A DNA stretch of 64,000 bases from Callorhinchus milii. Taxonomy: Eukaryota. Below, one piece after another: positions 52,901 to 63,396 of this stretch. A program made the position numbers and the translations under genes. The notes beneath the pieces are model-generated. The model worked only from the letters and a program-made list of their open reading frames with translations. It ran no database searches and was not told the origin of the DNA. The stretch spans positions 108,688,001 to 108,752,000 of the forward strand of contig NW_024704742.1 of NCBI RefSeq assembly GCF_018977255.1. The letters are read 5' to 3'. Numbering within the stretch: the stretch's first letter is position 1; every line of letters begins with the position of its first letter.

Positions 52901-53336
52901 CGTCCAGTCCCTGGTGTTGCTTTCGGTGAATAAAAGGATGGCTCTCACACTTGGTGGTGGTGGAGGTGGTGGAGGGGGAGGTGGGGTGTGGGGGTGGAGG
53001 TGGTGTCGATCGTAACAGTACTCGATTTCCCGAATACATCAGCTCCCAATTCCGGGTAAACCTGCGGCTATATCCCGGGAAACTGCGGGAAATACGAGTT
53101 GGACAAAGTGGTACAAAGACAGCGCTGATGTGAGCGCGTCGCGTCGCCGCCTCCGAACCCATCCGCCCAGTCGAGAGCTATTAATGGACACATTGCAGTG
53201 CTGCGATTCCAGGAGGGATACGGGTTCCCATCAGGAGATGTGTCATAGCTGCCGCCCGGCGCATCCCTCAGATCTGCTCTCAACAGTCTCCCTCTCGGGA
53301 GCACTTGATCGATATCGCAGAAGGTACATCGGGGTT

Positions 53337-53344
53337 TGACGTCA
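53337..53344. promoter_or_regulatory. Palindromic cAMP-response element (TGACGTCA)
   Basis: Perfect CRE 292 nt upstream of the PCSK1 ATG. Mammalian PCSK1 proximal promoters are known to be CRE-driven. Confidence 0.85.
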
Positions 53345-53372
53345 GGGCGATGTTTTGCGTGGCATTCGGTGC

Positions 53373-53379
53373 GTAAACA
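53373..53379 (+). promoter_or_regulatory. Forkhead-type motif GTAAACA in the proximal promoter
   Basis: Exact FOX core about 30 nt downstream of the CRE. Confidence 0.5.
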
Positions 53380-53519
53380 CCGCTTTCCATTCGAAGCTCA
53401 AGAGATTCGCCACTTTCATCCCTCCGACAGCAGCGATCCGGTTATAAGCGCAATCCCCCGTCTCCCCGTCTCTCTGCGGCAGCGGCGACCCCGACTGCAC
53501 ACGGGCAGTGTCGGTGGCG

Positions 53520-53603
53520 GCTCCTCTCCCTCTCTCCCTCTCTCTCCTCTCCCTCTCTCCCTCTCCCTCTCTCCCTCTCCCTCTCTCTCCCTCTCTCTCT
53601 CCC
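53520..53603 (+). repeat. Imperfect (CT)n polypyrimidine tract in the presumptive 5'UTR
   Basis: About 84 nt of C/T only, ending about 25 nt before the ATG. Confidence 0.9.
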
Positions 53604-53628
53604 GCCTTTGCTCTCAGCCCTCGGAATA

Positions 53629-53814
53629 ATGCAACAGAGATCCCGTCTCCCGATCCGATCGGCTGCTCTGGCGCTGGTGGCGGCTCTCTGCACTGTGGGC
53701 ACTGTCCGGGCGGATAACAAACAGTACGTGAACGAATGGGCAGTGGAGGTCGTTGGAGGGCCGGAGTTGGCGAGAACAATCGCCGAAGAACTGGGATATG
53801 ATTTTGTGGGTCAG
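53629..53814 (+). CDS. PCSK1: Prohormone convertase 1/3 (neuroendocrine convertase 1), coding exon 1: signal peptide and start of prodomain
   Basis: ATG at 53629 with A at -3. 62 codons, MQQRSRLPIRSAALALVAALCTVGTVRADNKQYVNEWAVEVVGGPELARTIAEELGYDFVGQ: hydrophobic signal peptide followed by the PC1/3 prodomain signature (Q-[FY]-VNEWA-x-E-xx-GGPE...IAEELGYD-xx-GQ). Ends at a phase-0 donor CAG|GTAAAC and lies in a CpG island. Confidence 0.96.
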
Positions 53815-55483
53815 GTAAACACGTTTTGCTTCAATCTATACCGATGCATATAACACCGAAACCTCCACTCCTACAGGATCCGAGGGATGCGCGGAGCCGC
53901 TGACGTGCAGCGACTTGTGCTCTCAACATGTACCAGTGGAGAGGACTCGGATACTCCGCGAGTGTGTGAAATAAAGCACACGCTGCCTTCCTCCAGACGT
54001 GTGCGGTGCCCGCACCGAGATCCGTGCAAAGGGAGATTCCGATGTTCCCCGTTGCATTTATTTCCTTCTGGGGAAACGTAGCATCATTCCCACCAGATTC
54101 CCAGTTTCCTTTACCAGCCCTTTACCAGGGGTTTGGCAACATTGCACAAAGGATGACCACGGGCAGATAATGTAATAGCCACCAACACTGGCTGCAGCAG
54201 GCGATTCCAAGCAGTGGTGCGATTCGTCAGCGGTGTGTCGGTAGCAATGTTTTATTCTCAGACTGGGTGCAGACATTTATATTTCTGTGTGTTTATGCAA
54301 ACATTTACCTGCGTGTGCATCTGCACCTCGTTTGATTTTTGGCGTCGAATTTCCATCCAAGAGTTTGCCGTTCGAGGCGGTTCAGTGTATTAATCTGTTG
54401 CATGAGTTTGTTGCAGGACAAAGCTGAGCTTCTGTAAACCTGAGTAATATTCTGTGCACAAACTAGTCAAGTGAGTGCGCGTGTAAATGATTGAGAAATA
54501 TTAATGCAACTTAGCTCAAGCCCCCTCGCAAGTTATTGCCTCAAAATGTCCATAAAATTGCAAAGTAAAAGGCTGGACAATATGTGGACATATAAGGAGA
54601 ACTGTTGTGCTTTTTTTTTGGGTGGGGGGGAATAAAAGGGCAGTTTCGGATTTAGGAGCTTCTAGCACTTGCCTACAAATACACAGTCACTACACTTTAT
54701 GGTGAAACGTGTGAAGCACTTTGAGCCGTTTCAACGTGATAAGTCTATATCAAATGCAAGGATTATTAATAACATGTGTTATTCAGAATGATAGATTGTT
54801 GCAAATCAAAGCCTGACTGTTTGCAAACAGCTTAGAGACATGATGATGAAGATAAGAGTAGTTGTGCATATATGGTAGTTAAAGCTGTCATGTTATTTTA
54901 CGACATGCAAGCAGTAGAGTGCATAAAAAGTGATAACTCGGTATTAATCTGTAAATAGTGCTAACCATGTGTAAAACCTATGTGTAAAAGAGAATTACAG
55001 GTGTCTTAGGTATGTAAGTGACAACCAATATTTTTTGGTTGTTAATTATTTATTGATGAGCACCTATAATTCCTTCTATTATGATAATATACTATTTATT
55101 TCATTTGATATAGTGCCTTATTGCATTATTGAGATGTCTCAAAGCACTTCACAGGATTTTACTGTAAGGTGCAGTGACTGTGTATTTTTGTTGGAGAACT
55201 GACTGCCAATTTGCACACAGCAATGTTCCACAAACAGCCATGAAGTGAATGATAAATTTTATTGAAAGGATTGTTGGCCAGGGCAACAAGAGATATTTAC
55301 TTGCACATAGTTAGCACACCTACAGATTAGACCCCAGTGTTTCCTTTTTGTAAGTATATGGTTACCTTCCACAATCATTAATTTGATTTATTGAATTCAT
55401 ATTGGATCATGCTGGATTTCACATAGCTAGGAAATGTGAAATTAAATGAGATGATTTTTTTAAGGCTAAAATTGAAGGAAATC

Positions 55484-55916
55484 TGTCAGGCTGGCTCAGT
55501 TGGTTGCTCTCTAGCCTCTGAGTCAGAAGGTTATGGGTTCAAACCTCATGTCAGGACTTGGAACCCATATAGTCTATGCTGACAGTCCTTTGCAGTGGTG
55601 GGGTGTATTAATTCAATGAATGCATTATTGGAGGTGTCATCATTCAGATGGAACACTAAATAGGGACCTATCTACCTCAAAGGCAGACATTAAGGAGCCC
55701 ATGACACAATTCAAAAGGTGATGAGTTACATTTCTCCTGGGTTCTGGCCAACAACCCTCCAAATAAAATTGATCATTAATTCCTTGTTGTTTTGTGAGAC
55801 ATTGCTGTACACATATTATTTGCTGCTTTAACCACAAAATACAAAGTCATACCACTTTACAGTATATCCCATGAAGAACTGTGAGACATCTCAATGACAT
55901 ACTATATCAAATGCAA
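55484..55916 (+). mobile_element. Full-length Deu-domain SINE in PCSK1 intron 1
   Basis: Head, Deu-like domain, body and tatatcaaatgcaagg tail. Confidence 0.82.
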
Positions 55917-56309
55917 GGCCTCCTTAATGCCTGCCTTTAAGGTAGATAGGTCCCTAATTTAATGTTCCATCTGAATGATGACACCTCCAACAATGTATTG
56001 TATTAATACACCCTCCATGGTCTTGCTCCCCCCTACCTAACCCTAACCCCTACCAACCTGCTCGCTCCCTCCACTCAACGGGCTCTGGCCTGCTTCACGT
56101 TCCCCGTATACCCACAAGTTATAATATTTTAGAATTCCCCATAGGAAAGAACTAAGCAAATGTACAGGAGGAGTAGGAATAACACTATGGCGAATGGAGA
56201 TTAGCTTCCTCTGTCTAAACTCACCCCTCATACACTTGCCTTTGTCCATGAAGACATACATGCTCCTTCTTCATTTTCTTCATTCTTCTTCATTTTTTAT
56301 TCTTTGTAA

Positions 56310-56660
56310 AATCCTGTAGCTTAGTGGTTAGAGCAATCGCCTTGCAAGCAAGAGACCTGTGTTTGATTCCCGGCAGGGCGAAACGTTTTCTTACTTTACC
56401 TAGCAGTAAATAGGAACTAGGTTGTTAGTCGATTGGCAGATCACTTTTCCGGGGGTAATAATTCCTTCAAAAAAATAATAATGAATTGGTCACTCAATCC
56501 ACGACTGTTTGTGTGACACTGCTGTGCACAATTGGCTGCCGCATTTCACCCCCAAAATCTACAGTCATTTCACTTTACAGTATATTTTGTGAAGCGCTTT
56601 GAGACGTCTCGAAGACGTGATCAGGTGTTATATCAAATTCAAGTATTATTATTATTATAT
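56310..56660 (+). mobile_element. tRNA-Ala/CORE-like SINE, long form
   Basis: tcctgtagcttagtggttagagc head, cctagcagtaaataggaac middle and (TTA)n tail. Confidence 0.88.
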
Positions 56661-56799
56661 TGGGCATACATTGTGTTTAGAGTTCCACACTTTTCAGTAG
56701 TATTAATTGGTTCCATAAAGCAAGTAAACCACAATTGAAAATGTGTTGTATGTGAACATGGCTTCTGTTGATTAGGATAATAATTTTTCAGTTATAAAT

Positions 56800-57315
56800 A
56801 ATAATACTTTTATTGGATATTTATGGATACATCTCAAAGTGCTTCACACAATGATCCACTTTGACATGTGGTGGCAGCAAACATGGCCACTGATTTTTGC
56901 CAGCAAAATAGAGTATTACAAACAACAGTGAGATGAATGACCAATCTTTTTTTTGGTGAAATTGATTTGCAAAATTAGTTTCCACTTTGAGCTAGTGCCA
57001 TGATATCTTTAACTTCCACTGAATCATCAGAACAGGCAGAGAAGGCATGAGTTTAATGTCTCAACCAAATAATGGAACATTAGGTGCTCAAATAAAAACC
57101 GAAGTCGCTGGGAACGCTTAACAGGTCAGGCAGCATCTATGGAGAAAGGAAAGTGAGTTAATGTTTCAGGTTGATGTCCTTTTGTCAGAACTGTTTTTAT
57201 TTCAGATTTCCAGCATCTGCAGTATTTTGCCTTTTGATTATGTGTTCAAATTTTGGTGTGGGGCTTGAATGCACAATCTTCTGATTTGGAGTGGTATCAA
57301 CTGAACTAAACAGGC
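56800..57315 (-). mobile_element. Degenerate Deu-domain SINE hosting a Penelope-type insert
   Basis: Body 56800-57078 and head 57237-57315. Confidence 0.65.
57093..57236 (-). mobile_element. Penelope-like terminal-repeat remnant with a decayed hammerhead motif
   Basis: Flanked by a 14-bp near-direct repeat (attaggtgctcaaa / attatgtgttcaaa). Minus strand reads agtt-CTGACAA-a-agg-acatcaa-cct-GAAAC-ATT-aact. Confidence 0.55.
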
Positions 57316-58519
57316 ACAAACATTCACTATATTTTGAAAGCAAATAAAAACATTTTTCATTGCATTTAGCTTTCTCCTATACTTTATTATTTTTCCATTT
57401 ATATATTACTCCCAGATAAAAAAGGAAGCGTTCTACCTGTTTCTCTACTAGCACTAGTTTTCAGTTGGATGTGTGTGAACAAACCCAGGAGTAATCCATT
57501 CTTTCATTTTCTGTCTGAGGATAAAGTGTAAGGGATTCAATGCCATCCTTCAGTGAAGGCATGCCTATGATTTCTGTAGTATAGTAATTTGTTGTAGTAT
57601 CAAGAAAGTATAGTCATGCATTCATATTGAATAATTTCTATGGTGTACCATGTTTCATAGCACAAATCATGAATCATAGGACATAAATATTCAGAAGACA
57701 GCTACATAATAATTTAGTGGAATGAGACAGAAATCAAAACTACATTATTATGGTATTAGATTTGTACACTCATAATGTTGGGTTGGTATACTCTGTATTT
57801 GGATTGTGTATTCATCACATTGGATCTGTGCACTCAAATAACAACTTCTATTTATTTAGTGCCTTTCTGTCCTGTGAGAACTCTGTTCTGGATGTAGATT
57901 ATGTCAGAGTAGTTACTGGATTTATGTGAATCTCAAAAGCTCTTGAAATAACAAATTAATGTTCAATCCTGGTCTTTTAATCACCCACACCCTGAGGCTT
58001 TTGTTTTGTTGCGTTGAAGCCAGGTGTACAAATGTTTATAACTAGTCACAATAAATTAAATTGGAAAATGGTTTATTGCCCAGTTGTAGATGAGAACGTT
58101 GGATTAGCATCAGCAGAGCAATCCAGTCACTGTTCCAAGAATGTGAAATTATCTGAGCACAAGTGATGGCTTAAAGGGAATGAACTTGGTGTGTGTGTGT
58201 GTGTGTATGTGTGTGGAGATGGGGGGATCTAATTTGCAGTACAGATTCCTTAGTTATAATTCTGTCCTACAGGAACACTACTTTGGTGATAGATTATGTC
58301 AGAGTAAAGTTACTATGGATTTGCGTAATTTATTTCCTGCTACTGGAAGGAGTCCTCATTTGTGCCACTCGGATCTCTGATTTAGGAATAGGTTTAAAAA
58401 TGCAGCGAATTAGACCCCAGTGACAATTATAGTACAGTATGTAGGATTCCTCATATTGTTGTAGAGAAATAGTGCAAAGTGCTTCCAAACAGCTGGTTGC
58501 ATGAAATTAAGGTACAGAA

Positions 58520-58815
58520 TTATATAGAACTTACAGCACTGAAACATGCCATTCACCCCAACTACTCTGTGTTGGTGTTCATACTCTACATGAGCCTCCT
58601 CGCCTCCTAATCCCCCCTCCCTAGCCTCACCTATATTCCTTGATTACCTGCTCCCTCATAAATCCATCAAGTTTCCTCTTTAATTCATTGATGCTTTCTG
58701 CTTCAACCACAGCTTCTGGCAGTGAGTAACACATTCTCACACTCTCTGTGTAAAGAAGTTCCCCCTAAACTCTCTATTAGATCTGCATGAGGCTATCTTA
58801 TATCCATGCCATCTA
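58520..58815 (-). mobile_element. CR1 3' fragment
   Basis: Minus-strand EFRGNFFTQRV and CR1-type 3'UTR. Confidence 0.8.
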
Positions 58816-59093
58816 TTATGCACTCGCCAACAGGTAGAAAGTTTATTTTTGTTTATAAAGAAATCTGGGGATTTAAATTCACAAGACTCTAAAAGTAGCT
58901 GCACAGGTGAATAAGTCCAAAAAAAATATAATCTTTGCACTTGATATACTGCCGTACCAAGTCATCGAGACGCTTCACAGGATACACTGCAAAGTGGGTT
59001 GACTCTTTATTTTGTGGGCAAAAGTTACACATAAAACTGCCAGGCAGGTTAATTGAGGCCAGGACCTTGGAATTAATTTAAAAATCACTTAAA

Positions 59094-59429
59094 TGTGGAG
59101 TCCTGTAGCTCAGTGGTTGGAGCACTCGCTTTGCAAGCGAGAGACCTGAGTTCAATTCCAGGCAGGGCGAAACCTTGGGCAAGTTTCCTTACTCCACACG
59201 CCTAATAATAATCCCTCCAAAAAAAAAAACTAAAAACAATAATTAAATTGGTCATTTTCAATCTACGACTGTTTGTGGGACATTGCTGTGCGCAATTGGC
59301 TGCCGCGTTCGCCCACAAATATACAGTCAATTCACTTTACAGTGTGTTCTGTGAAGCGCTTTGGGATGTCCTCCCGACGTGAAAAGCGCTATATCAAATG
59401 CAAGGATTATTATTATTATTATTATTATT
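59094..59429 (+). mobile_element. Young full-length short-form SINE (tRNA-Ala-like head, L2-type tail)
   Basis: A-box tagctcagtgg, anticodon arm ctcgc-tttgcaa-gcgag, B-box-like gagttcaattcc, and tail gcgctttgggatgtcctcccgacgtgaaaagcgct...(TTA)n. Confidence 0.93.
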
Positions 59430-60022
59430 AAAAACAGCTTGATGCCTAGACAGGAGAATGGTAGGTGGTTATTCTGCAAGGATGAGATCAGATAGGCCAA
59501 AGGGCTTTCTTCACCTAAACTAATCTCGTGCTCTTACGCCCAGAGGAATGAAATAATGGTTCTGTGTTCCTTCTACCTAAGTGAATTACTTCTCTATTGA
59601 ACATCAGTTGAACTTCATCTACCATCTTCCCGTCCATTCTCTAAGCCTGTTTTTGTGTTCTTGGATCATTTTGCAGTCCTCCTCCTTATGTTAATATGAA
59701 GTCAAGAAAATGATAAGACAGAGCATATCACAGTATTTGAGATCAAATACCATTGTTAGGATCTGTGTTATCATTGTTCACTTTTAGATAATTATTTTCA
59801 TCATGGATATTATTCTGCATTTCATACATGAGTTCATATTAATTATCATTTGGTCAGTGCTGAAAATAATCATCAAAAGATGAATGAGCACATTGCAGCA
59901 CTAAGGCTTGGTAGAAAATCACTTGTTTATATGAGTGGAATCATTGATTCTGAAAGTAAATCATGTAAAAAAAGAAAATCTGTGTCTCAGACTCTAGCTC
60001 CGAAGTTAAGCTTCTACAAACT

Positions 60023-60283
60023 TCCTGCAAAGGGCGAAACCTTGGGCAAGTTTCCTTACTCCACACGCCTAATAATAATCTCTCCAAAACAAAACAATAA
60101 TAAATTGGTCATTTTCAATCCACGACTGTTTGTGGGACACTGCTGTGTGCAACTGGTTGCCGCGTTTCACCCACAAAATATATGGTCAATTCACTTTGCA
60201 GTCTAATCTGTGAAGCGCTTTGAGATGTCGAGAAGACGTGAAAAGCGCTATATCAAATGCAAGGATTATTATTATTATTATTT
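60023..60283 (+). mobile_element. Short-form SINE, 5'-truncated
   Basis: Starts near agggcgaaaccttgggcaag; (TTA)n tail. Confidence 0.9.
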
Positions 60284-63200
60284 TCCTCTTGTAATTATCC
60301 AGATTAGTGGTAGAGTCAGGATCAGTAGATTTCTGTAAACACTGATCTAGGTCCAGTAAGCTAGAAAAAATACTCTTGCGAAAACAAAATCATGATGGAA
60401 AAGCCCTTTTAATTCACCTACAAAATACACAGCGACTACACCTTTCCATAAATCCTGTGAAGCACTTTGAAATCTCCTCTGAATGCTAAATCAAATGTGA
60501 GGGGGGTGGCAGGGGGGACTTTAATCCTGTCAGATATGCTGATTATTAAAGAAGAAATCAGAGGTCCATGATTTCTCTGGTCTTAGCTCTACGACTTAAC
60601 ATTTAAGACTGTTAAGAATTTTGGAAAAGCTTAAAGTTTGTCTTAATTTGGAAATCAGTTTTCCGCTTCTCATTTTAAGGCCTCCCGACAAACATTGAAG
60701 CAGGCCATCAGTGTTATTTCCCCTAACTTTTAATGTAAGAAACAAAATGAGGGAAGAACAGGAAGAAAATAGAAATGAAATGGCCACTAGAGAAAGAAGG
60801 TGACAAGGCACCTCATTTTGAAACATCCCTAATTGTGGAGAAAGAAGTGCAGAAGTGGTCAGAAATGTTTGGCTCGCTAATCATCTATTTGCTCATAAGT
60901 AAGGCCTGGAAAGAGATAGCAAGGCAATTGCCTACAAAAAGTACAGTACATTTAACAATAAATCCTGTGAAGAGCTTGTATTATTCAAAGTTGTGCTTAC
61001 CACTCAGTATATGACGAGGATGAGATCCTTCCATGGTAAAGAAAACAGCAAATTGAACCTTCTCAACACACTGAGTCAAGGCAAAGCTGCAGCACTCTGT
61101 TTGTACGCTTAGCATTTCCTTCAAGTAGATCAATATCCAAATATCCATGAGTATTGAGAGTACTGAAGAAAATTGTAGCTTTTGCACCTCAATTGGCTTC
61201 CAATCTCACTTAAGTGTGCTATCAATTGTAGCAATTTAATACATTTTTAAAAAATCTATTTTACCCATCTGCAAGACAAATTGTACCTTCCTCTCTTTAA
61301 GCAACAAGTAATCCTGTTACGAAATACAAATTAATCCCCATTGTTCCTTACTTACTTAAATGTTCCTCATATTGCTGTTGTGGGGAGAGCTTTTTTTTGA
61401 CATGTGGTAAATGCCCTTTAAAGTATTTATGGAGGAGTTCTATTCTTTCATTAGACTTTCAATTCTGAGTCTAAGTTTGCAACAACTCACATTATTGCAG
61501 TTGCAACTTGCTACTCTTTCATAGCCTCTAGGTATTTCTGTAAGGAAGTCAAATAGGGACACATGTGCTGGGCTTGTGACTGCACATGTCACAGAGCGTT
61601 TATTCTGCAAGCCTGAGAAACCCAGAAGGTCATGATGAATATAAATATGTATGACTTTAATTTTAGAAAAAACATAATTTACATAAAGTGCAACAAACAA
61701 TATTTTGAAAAAAGGCTATCTTCATTAATGTCCTCTGCCATAAACACCTTCTTTCAAAAAAAAAGAAATAGTTAGCGAGATAAATACAGGAAAGATATTA
61801 AACTAAGATATTATCCACCACTTCAAATCATATCCTGACAGTGATAAAAGTCCAAAAAGGATTTAAATAGATTAGGCTAGAATGAAAACAGTGTTTTGCT
61901 ATTGTAGTTTTCCAATTGTTTATTAATTCAAAAGCTATTACTACACTTACATTTCTTGCTGACTTTATCTCCAGCAAATTTACTTGACATTTTGTTTCAC
62001 CAGTCTATTCTTCTTAACTATTGAACCATGAATAACATCATTGCTGACAAGGATGACAGACTTATCACTTTGCTCCAGCACTCACACCAGTGATTGACTG
62101 TGAACGGTATTGTGGATTTGTAGTGACAAGTCAATGGAGTTAGCCAACTTCTGATAGGAAGTTTTAGTTTATGTCTCAATAAGGCTTCCATTCAATTTAC
62201 CTATAATTGCTCTGTGACGTAAACTGTGCAAACCCATAAAATATAGTTCAGCATTATTGAGCAACAAAAGAAGCTCAGTATTTACCAAGATATGATTCAT
62301 ATAATTCCTTAATCAATAAATCATCTACAATGTTTAGAGGGTAATAATATCCCTAACTAGTTATATATCATATATTGAAATTCAGGAATTTTCAATTGCA
62401 TATATGACATAGCAACCAAAAGGAGAATCAGTTATATGTTTCATGTCAGTCACACAATTACCAGTTAGAAATAAATCCCTTTGTGATTTGAGTGCTCCAG
62501 AAACCCAACATTGCACCTAGTCATAGCCTGTAAAACCATATTGTCTTAAAGTGTAAGATTGTGCAGAATTGTGTACAATTCTTAAATTCAGTCTTTATTT
62601 AGAAGTCAATTTTCTTAAAAAGAACTGAATTTAAAACTAAGACTTTTTTTGGTCAGCATGGTGCCTGACACATGCGGAAACCCATCACTATGCTTAAGCG
62701 TATCCAAACCAAACAGAAAATTCCATGCATCCCACCTACACACAGAAATTCCAGAGATAGATTGTTGGAATGGAATGTAAATACTTCCTGTAACTATGAT
62801 GCAATTTCACTAACATAATAATAGTGATCCTTGCCTTTGATATGGTACTTTTCATGTCAGGAGGATGTCTCAAACCACCTCGCAGGAAATACTGTAAAGT
62901 GTCAAAATGTGTTCGAATAGTGCAATGGAATATTCAACATTCACATAAAGAGGCAGACAGGACCTTGGTTTAATGTCTCATTCAAAGGATGACACCCCCA
63001 GCACCCCATCAGAGTGTCAGCCTAGACTATGTGAGTTCAAAATCCTGCTGTGGAGCTTGATCCCACAATCTTCGGAATCAGAGGAAAGTGCAACCAATTG
63101 AGCTATACTAACATCTGATATCATGATATCAGAAAAAAGAGCAAAAACATCAAACCTCCGCACTTACTGTAAATTAATTTTGCCTCAATTTGTTAGCCAC

Positions 63201-63396
63201 TTAAACCTTTTATTTCAAGCCACAAATGTTTGATCCTAGACAATAAGCAGTGATGACTTTGAGCTGCATTCATTGTCCATTGGAAAGTAGAATGAATTAT
63301 GCTTTTAAATAAGATTTGCTTTTGTTGTTAAAGATGCTGCCTAATAATATGCTTCCACTTTATAGTTATAATTCCCTTTAACATTCATCTCCTTAG

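Larger units (their letters stand above)
52990..54400. promoter_or_regulatory. CpG island / PCSK1 promoter, exon 1 and start of intron 1
   Basis: Sharp rise in CpG and GC content relative to the CpG-depleted background, spanning the first coding exon. Edges approximate. Confidence 0.85.

Noticed and set aside
53342..53779. 145-aa antisense ORF and other ORFs over the PCSK1 5' end
   Set aside because: Open because of high GC and the (CT)n tract (ER/GR repeats); no recognisable domain.
53608..53853. ORF-track version of PCSK1 exon 1 (TTG start, read-through VNTFCF...)
   Set aside because: The true start is ATG 53629 and the exon ends at the donor after 53814; the rest is UTR or intron.
59098..59172. 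tRNA-Ala(TGC)-like cloverleaf (also at ~11070-11147, 16468, 47541, 56310)
   Set aside because: Followed by SINE body and L2-type tail, and variably mutated: these are SINE heads, not tRNA genes.
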